DNA of 64,000 nucleotides from an uncultured Gemmatimonadales bacterium (GTDB lineage Bacteria > Gemmatimonadota > Gemmatimonadetes > Longimicrobiales > RSA9), in assembly GCA_963798085.1 (NCBI GenBank), contig CAWCRS010000007.1:768001-832000 (forward strand), read 5' to 3'. Made by a program: the position numbers and the translations under genes. Below the pieces are notes generated by a model that saw nothing but the letters and a program-made list of their open reading frames with translations, was not told the origin of the DNA and ran no database searches. Below, in pieces: positions 18,824 through 29,021 of the stretch. Each line of letters starts with the position of its first letter. Within the stretch, counting starts at the first letter, position 1.

Positions 18824-19447
18824 ATGATCGCAAGGTACTGGCGTGGTCGTGTGCGTGCGCGCGACGCCGCGTCCTACGTCGATTACGTTCGCCGCACGGG
18901 TATCGCCGGTCAACGCGGCACACCAGGCAACGTCGGCTCGATGATGCTGGTGCGCGGCGAGGGTGACGAGACGGAGGTCGCGGTGCTGTCGCTGTGGGAA
19001 TCGTTCGAGGCCATCAGGCGATTCGCCGGCGAGGACCCGGAGGTCGCGGTCTTCTACCCGGAGGACGATCAATACCTCACGGGCAGGGACCTTTTCGCGC
19101 AGCATTTCGATGTCCCGGCGTTCGCCGTGGCCGGCGCGACCAGCGATCCCGGCGCAGCGCAGGCGGCGATCCCGCACGCGAGCTATTCAGACGGCCGGAT
19201 CCAGAGCCTCCGATTCAGCACGGATGGTGGTGCTGCGACGGTGGGCGTGATCACACCCGGAACCTACGAATTCACTCCGACGGCGGAGGCGCGCGTCACG
19301 CTGCTGTCCGGCACGCTCGAAGTGCGGCAGGCGGACGCGTCCAGGCAGTACGCCGCGGGTGAGACGTACGCAGTGCCTTCAGGCGTCGCCTGCACGGTCC
19401 GCGCGAGCGTTCCAGTGGCGTATCTCTGCCGCTTCGTCTCGCCGTAG
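18824..19447 (+). CDS. Fusion of an ABM-like dimeric alpha/beta-barrel domain and a PpnP (DUF1255) cupin domain
   Basis: AGGAGG RBS; N-terminal MIARYWRG..TPGN..SLWESFEAIRRFAG..AVFYPED; C-terminal YSDGRIQSLRF..ATVGVITPGTYEF..SGTL..AYLCRF. Confidence 0.8.
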   Translation: MIARYWRGRVRARDAASYVDYVRRTGIAGQRGTPGNVGSMMLVRGEGDETEVAVLSLWESFEAIRRFAGEDPEVAVFYPEDDQYLTGRDLFAQHFDVPAFAVAGATSDPGAAQAAIPHASYSDGRIQSLRFSTDGGAATVGVITPGTYEFTPTAEARVTLLSGTLEVRQADASRQYAAGETYAVPSGVACTVRASVPVAYLCRFVSP

Positions 19448-19737
19448 CGACAGTATCGTGAGCCGTCGTCGCGTTCCAGGCCTTGACCAGGCCGCGGTGA
19501 CCGTCGTCGCGTATCGCAGAACTATAACCATGTGTTACAGGGCGCCGCCCGCCTGTGCGGATCACCTTCTCATCCACGGAGCCATGGACGGCACCGCCGG
19601 CGGGCGCGCTGGCGCGCTGCCGGTGGTCGTTCTTGGGATTGGGCAGCTCGGTCCAATGTGTTACCATAGGCGCGGCGGGACACGCAGCAGCGCGCAGCTG
19701 CCCGGAAACTTCAACCGTGAACGCGAACGGAGCGGGG

Positions 19738-20082
19738 ATGGCCGGCGAACGGATCAGTTATGCGGATTTCGAGAAGGTGGAAATTCGCGTGGGCACGGTG
19801 GTGCGCGTGGAATCGTTCCCGGAGGCGAGGAAGCCATCACTGAAACTGTGGATCGACTTCGGCGAGGAGATCGGCCAGCGCAAGTCGTCGGCAGGCATCG
19901 CGCCCAATTACGCGCCGGAAGCGTTGCTGGGCCGACAGGTCTGCGCCGTGGTCAACTTTCCGCCGCGACAGATTGGCAAGTTCATGTCGGAATGCCTGAC
20001 ACTGGGTTTCCCGGATGCGCAGGGCGAAACGGTGCTGATCCGGCCGGACGGCTCCGTGCCGAACGGCGGCCGGTTGTTCTGA
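19738..20082 (+). CDS. csaA: tRNA-binding protein / export chaperone CsaA
   Basis: DFEKVEIRVGTV, IDFG, SSA, VVNFPPRQIG, SECLTLG and PNGGRLF motifs. Confidence 0.92.
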   Translation: MAGERISYADFEKVEIRVGTVVRVESFPEARKPSLKLWIDFGEEIGQRKSSAGIAPNYAPEALLGRQVCAVVNFPPRQIGKFMSECLTLGFPDAQGETVLIRPDGSVPNGGRLF

Positions 20083-20110
20083 GGGGAATCGTCATTCCTC
20101 GCGACCGGCG

Positions 20111-20902
20111 ATGACGGAATCGCTGTGGGCCGAGGGCTCTGCCTACGAGAGATTCATGGGCCGCTGGAGCCGGCTCGTCGCGCGCGATTTCCTGGCGTGG
20201 CTGCAACCCGCGAGCGACAGGGTCTGGCTCGATGCCGGGTGTGGCTCCGGTGCGTTGGCTGCGGCGGTGCTCGCACACGCACAGCCACGCGCACTCGTGG
20301 GCATCGACCGGTCGGCGTCATTCATTGCTGAAGCCGACGGACACAGCACAGACGCGCGCGCTCATTTCGCCGTCGCCGATGCGCTTGCGCTGCCGCTGCG
20401 CGCCCGGCAACTGGACTATGCGGTCAGCGGCCTCGCCCTGAATTTTGTGCCATCGCCGGAGCGCGCGCTGGCCGAATGGATGCGAGCACTGCGGCCCGGC
20501 GGTACACTGGCTGTGTACGTGTGGGATTATGCGGACGGCATGGAGTTCCTGCGTGTGTTCTGGGATGAAGCACAGGCACTCGATGCAGGGGCGCAGGCGC
20601 TGGATGAAGGCAACCGCTTTCCCCTCTGCAGGCTGGATCCACTGAGCGCGCTCTTCCAGCAGGCCGGTCTGACGGATGTTCGCACGACGGCACTTCGGAT
20701 CGACACGCGATTCGCAAGCTTCGCAGACTTCTGGCAGCCGTTCCTTGCGGGCCAGGGTCCGGCGCCGGCGTACGTGGTGAGCCTTGCCGAGGCGCAGCGT
20801 GCCCGCCTGCGCGCCCGCCTCGAGCGGAGACTCGAATCAGCAGGCGACGGCAGCCTGCACCTGCGCGCGCGTGCCTGGGCGGTGGCCGGCACTGTCCCCT
20901 GA
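20111..20902 (+). CDS. Class I SAM-dependent methyltransferase
   Basis: YERFMGRWS, LDAGCGSG and LRPGG..AVYVWDY motifs. Confidence 0.9.
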   Translation: MTESLWAEGSAYERFMGRWSRLVARDFLAWLQPASDRVWLDAGCGSGALAAAVLAHAQPRALVGIDRSASFIAEADGHSTDARAHFAVADALALPLRARQLDYAVSGLALNFVPSPERALAEWMRALRPGGTLAVYVWDYADGMEFLRVFWDEAQALDAGAQALDEGNRFPLCRLDPLSALFQQAGLTDVRTTALRIDTRFASFADFWQPFLAGQGPAPAYVVSLAEAQRARLRARLERRLESAGDGSLHLRARAWAVAGTVP

Positions 20903-20954
20903 CTCGATGCCGCGCGTACTCCCGCGAATACGGGCAGACGATCGGGAGCCGTTC

Positions 20955-22134
20955 ATGGGTAAACGATGGTCAGGGCTCATGGCTGTTGCCGCGGTCGCGA
21001 GCTGTGGCAGGGATGCCGTGCCGCGCGCAGTCACGCATACGGACAGCGCGGGCGTGCAGATCGTCGCGTCCACCGCTCCGCAATGGGCAGCCGGCCATGG
21101 CTGGACAGTGGATTCGGTGCCTCGCCTCGATCTGTCGCGCACCGGGTCGGGTGCGGAGTTCGAGTTCTTTCGCGTGCGCAACGCAGTCCGTCTGGGCGAT
21201 GGCTCCATCGCGGTTGCCAACAGCGGCACGTCGGAGGTCCGGCTCTACTCCGCAGCGGGCAAGTACCTCGCGACGTTCGGCCGCGACGGCGATGGTCCGG
21301 GCGAGTTCCGCAGGCTGACCAGCGTTCGGGTTGCACGCGGTGATTCGCTGCTCGCCTTCGACTACTGGCAGCGGCGGGTCACCTTCTTCAGCCGCGATGG
21401 GAGCGGCCATCGCACCGTTGCCGTGGGCAGCACGAACATGCTGCTCAGGGACCTCGCGCCGCTGTCCGACGGCACGCTCGTGGTTACCGGCGAACTGCTC
21501 GGCGATACTCCTGACGGGCTCTATCGATTGCCCAAGGCCCTGCTGCTTGTCGCTGCAACCGGTGAGTTACGCGACACCGTCGCTGTGATTCCCGGCTACG
21601 AAGGCTTTCAATTCGCCACCGGCGATGCGGCCGCGATCTTTCACAAGGACGCGTACATGGCCGTACACGGCGAGCACATCTACCTGGGCGATGGCGACAG
21701 CATGCAGGTCTCCGTGTACAGCAACGAGCCCCGGCTTGCCATGATCATGCGCGTCCCCGGCTATGACCTGAACCTCACGGCTGAACAACTGAAGGCGGAA
21801 CGTGCAATCGTGGAACCCGGCCCGCGTTATCCCGCCGCGATTCGCGAGGCGCTGCGCGCGCGGCCCAACCCTGAGACCCGCCCCGCGTATTCGGCCTTGT
21901 TCGTCGACACGGATGGCTTCCTCTGGGCGCCGCAGTACCGAGGTTTCTCCGAAGCCGACCAGGCGCCGGTCTGTACCATTCTTCAGTCCACAGGGAGAAT
22001 GGCTTGGTTCCGTGCGCCTGCCGACACACTTCACGCCATACGAAGCAGGCAGCGACTATGTGCTGGGCGTGCTGACAGATCAGGATGGCGTGCAGCACGT
22101 GGAGCTGCTGGACCTGCATCGCCGGAGCGAATAG
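20955..22134 (+). CDS. 6-bladed beta-propeller lipoprotein, frameshifted near 21980
   Basis: Lipobox-like VASC; DSAGVQIV, FGRDGDGPGEF; C-terminus FSPQGEWLG..DQDGVQHV in the next frame. Confidence 0.8.
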
Positions 22135-22385
22135 AGCATGTTCCCGAAAGAACCGGTGCGACCCGGCGGACCGGAGCCGGCCGAACCGCCCGCGCCACCC
22201 GTAAGAGGAAACCTGGCCGGCCGGGCCGCCACCGCCGCGGCCACCGGGTCCCCCCGGCGCGCCGCCCGCGCTGGAGCCGGAGCCGGAACCGCGGCGCAGC
22301 CGGCGTCGTCGACACCGACGCCCATCCGCGCGCGCCCTGCGCGCGCCGGCCGGCGCAGCACCGCCCGCAGTCTTCTAACGACACG

Positions 22386-24806
22386 TTAGTCCATCCGCAG
22401 TGCGATCACCGGATCCACGCGCAGCGCCCGCCTTGCCGGGAGCATCGTGGCGGCGAGTGCGATCACGAGCATCAGCAAAGCGGCGCCGGCCAGGACCCAG
22501 GGATTGGTAGTACTGGTTCCGGTCACGAGTGAACCGAGCACGCGTGTCAGCACGAAGGCGCCGGCCAGCCCGCCGGCCACGCCGGCAAGCGCCAGGACCA
22601 CGCCCCGCCGTGCGACCAGATCGAGCACGCTCTGCCGCTCGGCGCCCAGCGCCATGCGGATGCCGATCTCGCGCGTGCGCTGCGACACGGCGTACGCGAT
22701 GCTGCCATAGATGCCCATGGCCGCGAGCAGCAGCCCGAACCCGGCGAAGAAGTCGAGCACGAGGGCATTGAACCGTTGCGGCAGCAGCCGGTCGCCCAGA
22801 CGCTGTTCCTCGGACCGGAAAGGATCGGCCGGTTGGTCCATGGCCTGACGGACGGCCGTTTCCGCTGCGGCGAACAGCTCGGGCCGCGGCACTGACACGC
22901 GCATTTCCAGTGTCGCAGCCGTGTGATAGAGTTTCGCCTGCGCAAAGGGGCGGTAGATCGTTGGCGAAGGTCGGCTCGTCTGGCTGCGACGTTCCGCATT
23001 CGCCACCACACCGATCACGGTCAGCAGTTCGCCGGCGGCGCCGCTATCGCCCACGAGCAGGGTCCGGCCGAGCCCATCCTGTCCCGGCCAGAAGGCGGCG
23101 GCCGTGGCCTGATTCACGAGCGCAACGAGCGGTTCGCCGCGGCCGTCCTGATCCGTGAAGGTGCGGCCGCGCAGGAGCGTGATGCGGCGCGTGGCGAAGT
23201 AGGCCGGATCGACGGCCTTCACGTCCGGTACTAACAGATCTGTTTGGGAACTCGCGGGCTCGGCCGGCCGCACGATCGTGGGATGAACGGCCGACTGATA
23301 GACCAGAATCGCCGACTCGACGCCGGGAACCATGGCCAGCCGCGTACGTGCCGCTTCCGCGGCCGGCTTCCACGCCGCCGCATTCGACGCCTGACCCGGT
23401 GCCCCGAACAGGTAGGTGTCGTACAGGCCGTGCGGATCGTAGCCGAGATCGAGATAGCGCAGCGCCAGGAAATTCGCGCTCAGCAGGCCCGCAGCGGTCA
23501 GCAGCACGAGGCCCAGCGCGATCTGTGCCGCAATCAGCACCTGCAATGTGCGCGCCGCGCGTACGCCGCCACCCGCCGAGGCGCGCTCGCGCAGGCTCCC
23601 GATCAGGTTCGCGTGCCCGCCGCGCAATGCCGGTAACAGCGCGGCGCCAATGCCGGCGAGCAGCGAGACGGTGGCGGCAAACGCGAGCACGCGAGGATCG
23701 ACCGCGACCCGAAATCCCGCGCTCTCGGTCGCGAACCAGCGCGCCGCGAAGCGCACGCCCCAGAGCGAAAGCAGCACACCCGCGCCGCCGCCGGCAAGGC
23801 CGATGCAGCTGCCTTCCACAATGCGCTGGCGCAGCAGCCGCATGCGACTCGCGCCGAGCGCGCTGCGCGTCGCGAATTCGTGCTGGCGTGCGGCCGCCCG
23901 CGCCAGCAGCAGCCCGGCCACGTTGAACAGGGCAATGAACAGCACGAGGGTGGTGATGGCGAACAGCACGAAGCGTCCGCTGCCGGCGCCCCAGCCCAGC
24001 ACTTCGCGCAGTGGCTTCACGCTCGCGTGCCAGCCCCGGTACGCATCGGGCCAGGCGACGGCCAGGCGCGCTTCGATGCCCGCGAGCTCCGTGTTAGCCA
24101 GAGCGCTGGACACGCCCGGTCGCAGCCGACCGACTGCAGTCAGCAGCCGGCTGGCGCGCGCCGATGCGGCATCCAGCCGGCGAGGCATCCAGAACGGCCG
24201 GTCTGCCATGAACCGGAACTCCCGGGGCAGAACGCCGGTAACGGTCACCGGCTGCGCGTGGGCGCCGCCGGCCCCGGCCGTGAGTAGCTGGCTGCCCACG
24301 ACGTTCCGATCGCCACCGAAGCGTGTCTGCCAGAAATTCCAGGACAACAGCACCACCGGCGCGGCGCCCGGCATGGTATCCGCGGCAACGAACTCGCGAC
24401 CCAGCAGCGGGCGCACGCCGAGCATGCGGAAGAAGCCGGGCGTGACCTCGTACGCACTCTGCGCTTCGATCACATCATCGTGGGCCCAGGAGAATCCGCC
24501 GCTCACGACCGCGCCTGTCGCTTCATAGGATCGCGCATTCGCGAACCAGTCGGCCGCGGTGGCCGCGGAGGTCAGGAAGCCACAGCGTGAGCAGATCGGG
24601 TGGTCGGGTGGCGTGACTTCCGCGAGCCAGACCAGGCGACTCGCATCAGCGTAGGGCAGGGGCCGGAAATCAAGCGCGTCGATCACACTGAACACGGTGG
24701 TCGTGGAACCAATGCCGAATCCCAGCGACAGCACCGCAACCGCCGTGAATCCCGGATTCCGTCGCAGCGCGCGCAGTGCGAAGCGCACGTCCTGATGCAG
24801 TCTCAT
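22386..24806 (-). CDS. ADOP-family duplicated ABC permease
   Basis: QDVRFALRALRRNPGF, QRTREIGIRMALGA, RVDPVIALR. Confidence 0.92.
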   Translation of the reverse strand: MRLHQDVRFALRALRRNPGFTAVAVLSLGFGIGSTTTVFSVIDALDFRPLPYADASRLVWLAEVTPPDHPICSRCGFLTSAATAADWFANARSYEATGAVVSGGFSWAHDDVIEAQSAYEVTPGFFRMLGVRPLLGREFVAADTMPGAAPVVLLSWNFWQTRFGGDRNVVGSQLLTAGAGGAHAQPVTVTGVLPREFRFMADRPFWMPRRLDAASARASRLLTAVGRLRPGVSSALANTELAGIEARLAVAWPDAYRGWHASVKPLREVLGWGAGSGRFVLFAITTLVLFIALFNVAGLLLARAAARQHEFATRSALGASRMRLLRQRIVEGSCIGLAGGGAGVLLSLWGVRFAARWFATESAGFRVAVDPRVLAFAATVSLLAGIGAALLPALRGGHANLIGSLRERASAGGGVRAARTLQVLIAAQIALGLVLLTAAGLLSANFLALRYLDLGYDPHGLYDTYLFGAPGQASNAAAWKPAAEAARTRLAMVPGVESAILVYQSAVHPTIVRPAEPASSQTDLLVPDVKAVDPAYFATRRITLLRGRTFTDQDGRGEPLVALVNQATAAAFWPGQDGLGRTLLVGDSGAAGELLTVIGVVANAERRSQTSRPSPTIYRPFAQAKLYHTAATLEMRVSVPRPELFAAAETAVRQAMDQPADPFRSEEQRLGDRLLPQRFNALVLDFFAGFGLLLAAMGIYGSIAYAVSQRTREIGIRMALGAERQSVLDLVARRGVVLALAGVAGGLAGAFVLTRVLGSLVTGTSTTNPWVLAGAALLMLVIALAATMLPARRALRVDPVIALRMD

Positions 24807-25014
24807 GGCCAGAGTTCCTCGATGGGGTGATGCGTACGGAGTCGGGTCGCGCCCGCAGGGACCGATATTGCGTTGCGCCGCGGGGCCTGTCAAAATCGGC
24901 GATCGCGCGCGGCCGGATCGCCGGTCTCACGCCTGCGCGCAGCCATCCGGAGCCGCAGGCCGCGATAGTGTCACCGTGTTAGTCGAGCGGACCCCGGAGC
25001 TACGAGGAGGCCAT

Positions 25015-26286
25015 GTGACGGGACGCATTGAAACGCGGCTCCTGCTGCTGGCGTCAATCGCCTGTGCGCCCGCGTGCGGCCGTGCGGATTCCACCGGCAC
25101 CTGGCGCGGCACCATCGAAACGCTGCCCAATCAAGTGGTGCGCGTGACCAATCCGCGCGAGGGTCTGTGGACGGCGCAGTCGCACTGGCAGCTGCAGCCG
25201 GAACTCACGCTGGGCAGCACCGAGGGCGCCGGCGCGGACGTCTTCGCATCCATCTCCGGGCTGCAGGTGGGCGCTGATGGGCACATTTACGTGCTCGACC
25301 GCCAGGCCGACGAGCTCCGCATCTTCAATGGTGAGGGCAAACACATCCGCACGGTGGGGAGGCCCGGTGAAGGGCCGGGCGAATACAAGGCGGCAAACGG
25401 GCTGTTATGGCTGGCGCCGGACACGCTGGTGGTGGTGGACCAGCAGGGTGAGCGCTACAGCATGCTGACGTCCGCAGGTGATTACGTCCGGGCCGTGCCT
25501 CGCCGGCTCGGCTTCTACGGCTGGGTCATGGCCGGCGGCATGGAGCGGAACCGCGTCTACGAAGTATCCAGCCTGGGCGACACTGAAAGCAATTTGCGCT
25601 CCATGCTGCTCGGCACGGCGCTGCGCTCAACGGGCGCGCTCGCGACCGCTCGCGGCGCGGCCGTTGAAGGTGGCGCCGCTGTGCCGCTGGAACGTGCGAG
25701 TGACACCATTTTTCTGGCGAAGCCCGCTGCGCCGATCTACGAATCGTACAGCATCCGCACGGCGCGTGGCGGCATGGTTCTGGGTGTGCCCTTCACCGGC
25801 CAACCGGTATGGTTTCTCGACGGCGCGGGCCACCTCTGGCACGGACACGGCAGCGTGCCGCGCATCTACCGCTTCAGTCTCGGCGGGGACACGCTCACCG
25901 AGATCCGTCTGGACACGGAGCCGTTCCCGGTCACGGCCGCCGAGATCGCGAGCTACGCGGCGAGTCCCATGATCAAACGGTTCAAGGAACTGGGTGGCAA
26001 CTTCGATCCCGACCGCATCCCGAAGACCAGACCGTATTTCAATGACATCATTGTGGGCGACGATGGCTTCATCTGGCTGAGCGTGCCCGCGGCCGGCCAT
26101 AACACGGTATTCAATGTGCTCGACGCGGATGGCCGCTATCTGGGCAGGCTGCAGATCGAGGGTACCACACGCGAGCCCTACATCCACCCCGTCCTGCGCA
26201 ACGACCGCCTCTACTTCGTGGGCCGCGACGAGCTGGACGTGCAGCGCGTCCATGTCGAGAAAATCGTGAAGCCGGCGCGCAGCTGA
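25015..26286 (+). CDS. 6-bladed beta-propeller lipoprotein
   Basis: GAGGAGG RBS; signal peptide ending in C; IYVLD, GRPGEGPGEY, GRYLG, DELDVQRV. Confidence 0.82.
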   Translation: MTGRIETRLLLLASIACAPACGRADSTGTWRGTIETLPNQVVRVTNPREGLWTAQSHWQLQPELTLGSTEGAGADVFASISGLQVGADGHIYVLDRQADELRIFNGEGKHIRTVGRPGEGPGEYKAANGLLWLAPDTLVVVDQQGERYSMLTSAGDYVRAVPRRLGFYGWVMAGGMERNRVYEVSSLGDTESNLRSMLLGTALRSTGALATARGAAVEGGAAVPLERASDTIFLAKPAAPIYESYSIRTARGGMVLGVPFTGQPVWFLDGAGHLWHGHGSVPRIYRFSLGGDTLTEIRLDTEPFPVTAAEIASYAASPMIKRFKELGGNFDPDRIPKTRPYFNDIIVGDDGFIWLSVPAAGHNTVFNVLDADGRYLGRLQIEGTTREPYIHPVLRNDRLYFVGRDELDVQRVHVEKIVKPARS

Positions 26287-26323
26287 GCGTGCGCCGGCCC
26301 CAGTCCTTTGCAGGCCTCGGGAA

Positions 26324-28720
26324 TCAGGGGCGTTCCAGACGAGACCGCAGCAGGTCCTGCACCAGGGCGGGGTTGGCGCGGCCGCCCGTACGGCTCATCA
26401 CCTGGCCCACGAAGAATCCCAGCAGGCCGCTGCGGCCGCCGCGGTAATCCGCGGCTTTGCCGGGATTCGCCGACACCACTTCCTCGACCAGCGGTGCCAG
26501 TGCGCCTGCATCGCTGATCTGCCGCAGCCCCATGCGCTCGACCAGCGCGGCGGGCGAGCCGCCGTGCTTCGCCATTTCCGCGAGCACATCGCGGCCCGCG
26601 CTCCCGGACAGTGTGCCATCCTCGACCAGGGCGACCAGTGCAGCCAGGGCTTCGCCGCCGAACGGCAGCTCTTCCAGCGTGCGGCCCTTCAGCTCGCGGG
26701 GCAGCTCGTTGATGATCCAGCGCGCCAGCGCGCCCGGCCCGGCGGCCGGCCCTTTCCACGCGCTCACGGCACGGTCGTAGAAGGCGGACGTTGCGGCGTC
26801 GCGTGACAACAGATCCGCTTCCCCGGCGCTCAGGCCGGCGCGCTCCACATAATCGCGATAACGGGCCATTAGCGCGGGCGACTTGTCACGCACCGTTGCC
26901 GGCGTTTTCTCGAGCGTCGCCGCGGATGCGCTGCGCGCCGCCGCGGTCTCGTGTGGCTTGGCGCGCCGCGGCCGTCCCGGCGACTCCGCACCCCGGCCGG
27001 CCACCCGCTTCTTCCAGGTGTCGCGCAGAGTCACCGTGCGATTGAAGACCAGCGAGCCCCGCTTCGAGTCGAGCGCGTCGCTGACGAAGTAGCCCAGGCG
27101 CTCGAACTGGTAATGACTGCCGGGCGCATCGCGGGCCACGCCTGGCTCAATGCGCGCATCCGACACGGTCACCAGGGACGCGGGATTCAGCTTCTCAATG
27201 AAGTCGCCATCGGCTTCGGGATCGGGCGCCGTGAACAGGCGGTCGTAGAGGCGAACTTCGCAGGGCAGCGAATGCTCGGCGGAGACCCAGTGGAGCGTGC
27301 CCTTGATGATGCGTCCGTCCGGCGTCGCGCCGCCGCGCGTGTCCAGGTCACACGTGCAGCGCAGCTCGACCACTGTGCCTGCGGCATCCTTCACGACTTC
27401 ATCGCAGCGAATCACGTAGGCATAGCGCAGTCGCACTTCGCGGCCCGGCGCGAGGCGGTAGAAGTCGCGCGGCGGATCCTCCATGAAGTCGTCGCGTTCA
27501 ATGTACAGCACACGCGAGAACGGCAGCGGCCGCGACCCGGTGTGTGGCACATCGTGCGGCCAGCTGGGCGCGTCCAGCAGCTCGGTACGGTCTTCGGGCC
27601 AGTTGCTCAGCACCACGCGCAGCGGGCGCAGCACGCACAGGACGCGCGGCGCCCGCCCGTTCAGGTCCTCGCGCATGGCGAACTCGAGCTTGGCAATGTC
27701 TACACGGCTGTTCGTCTTGGCCACGCCGATCAGGTCGCAGAAGGCGCGAATGGATTCCGGTGTCACGCCCCGCCGGCGCAGTCCCGCAATGGTGGGCAGG
27801 CGAGGATCGTCCCAGCCGCTCACCAGGCCGCGCTCCACCAGCTGCAGCAGCTTGCGCTTGCTCATGATCGTGTAATCCAGCTCGAGGCGCGCGAACTCGG
27901 TCTGGTACGGGCGACACTTCACGTCCGTGTTCTCGACCACCCAGTCGTACAGCTCGCGGTTGTTCTCGAACTCGAGTGTACACAGGGAGTGGGTCACGCA
28001 CTCAATGGCGTCTTCCAGCGGGTGAGCGTAGTCGTACAGCGGGTAGATGCACCAGGCATCGCCGCGGCGGTAGTGGCTGGCGTGGCGGATGCGGTAGAGG
28101 ATGGGATCACGCATCAGCATGTTAGGCGAAGCCAGGTCAATGCGGGCACGCAGCACGTGCGCGCCATCGGGAAACTCGCCCGCGCGCATGCGGCGCAGCA
28201 GATCGAGATTCTCGGCCACGGACCGGTCGCGGTACTGCGTCGCCCGGCCCGGCTCGGTCACGGTGCCCCTCGCCGCGCGGATCGCGTCTTCGCTCGAGCT
28301 GTCGACGTAGGCCAGCCCCTTCTGCACCAGGCCCTCGGCCAGGCGATAGAACTCCTCGAAGTAGTCGGAAGCGAAGTAGAGGTGTTCGCCCCAGTCGAAA
28401 CCCAGCCAGCGCACGTCGCGCTCGATGGCCTCGACGTACTCGACATCCTCCGTCTCCGGGTTGGTGTCATCCATGCGCAGATGACAGCGTCCGCCGGACT
28501 CCTGCGCTACGCCGAAATCCAGACAGATGGCCTTGGCGTGACCAATGTGCAGGTAGCCGTTCGGCTCGGGCGGGAAGCGTGTGATCACGCGACCGCCAAA
28601 CTTGCCGGTGGCGTGATCCTGGGCGATCATGGCGCGAACGAAATCCGTGCCCGCACGCTCCGACGCGTGCGCCGTTGCCAATGCCTGACGCGTGCGGCCC
28701 TCGTGATTCCCGTGTGTCAT
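26324..28720 (-). CDS. glnS: Glutamine--tRNA ligase with C-terminal GatB/YqeY domain
   Basis: TRFPPEPNGYLHIGH, MSKRKL, QFERLGYF, FNRTVTLRD; C-terminus GFFVGQVMSRTGGRANP. Confidence 0.95.
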   Translation of the reverse strand: MTHGNHEGRTRQALATAHASERAGTDFVRAMIAQDHATGKFGGRVITRFPPEPNGYLHIGHAKAICLDFGVAQESGGRCHLRMDDTNPETEDVEYVEAIERDVRWLGFDWGEHLYFASDYFEEFYRLAEGLVQKGLAYVDSSSEDAIRAARGTVTEPGRATQYRDRSVAENLDLLRRMRAGEFPDGAHVLRARIDLASPNMLMRDPILYRIRHASHYRRGDAWCIYPLYDYAHPLEDAIECVTHSLCTLEFENNRELYDWVVENTDVKCRPYQTEFARLELDYTIMSKRKLLQLVERGLVSGWDDPRLPTIAGLRRRGVTPESIRAFCDLIGVAKTNSRVDIAKLEFAMREDLNGRAPRVLCVLRPLRVVLSNWPEDRTELLDAPSWPHDVPHTGSRPLPFSRVLYIERDDFMEDPPRDFYRLAPGREVRLRYAYVIRCDEVVKDAAGTVVELRCTCDLDTRGGATPDGRIIKGTLHWVSAEHSLPCEVRLYDRLFTAPDPEADGDFIEKLNPASLVTVSDARIEPGVARDAPGSHYQFERLGYFVSDALDSKRGSLVFNRTVTLRDTWKKRVAGRGAESPGRPRRAKPHETAAARSASAATLEKTPATVRDKSPALMARYRDYVERAGLSAGEADLLSRDAATSAFYDRAVSAWKGPAAGPGALARWIINELPRELKGRTLEELPFGGEALAALVALVEDGTLSGSAGRDVLAEMAKHGGSPAALVERMGLRQISDAGALAPLVEEVVSANPGKAADYRGGRSGLLGFFVGQVMSRTGGRANPALVQDLLRSRLERP

Positions 28721-29021
28721 TGCTGACTCGTTGCGCGGAAAGGTTGTGACCGGTCGCGGCCGGCGCCCCTGCCGCCCCTGCGGCGGAAGGTGCAAGGTAG
28801 CATGCCGCGCGCGCGGGCCGCGAGGCGTCCCTGCCGTGGAGATACCCGCGAGCGACCGGCAGATCCGTTCCCGCGCGCGTCGCCGGGGATGCGATGGCCG
28901 CGGTGTGTAAGGCAGGGTCAGGGATGCGCGACGGCGCGCGCAGCCCCATCTTTCCGGCGCCGGGACCGGCGGCCAGTCGGGCGCGGGGATATCAGGTCAG
29001 GAACTGTCAGGCGAGCGGTGG

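Noticed and set aside
19520..19670. Repeated ATGTGTTAC upstream of csaA
   Set aside because: Only a 9-bp match in two copies about 127 bp apart; insufficient support
22138..22389. Ala/Pro/Arg-rich ORF, and a CTAAC..GTTAG attC-like motif at about 22375
   Set aside because: Low-complexity GC-rich spacer between convergent genes; the palindrome is far too short for attC and there is no integrase
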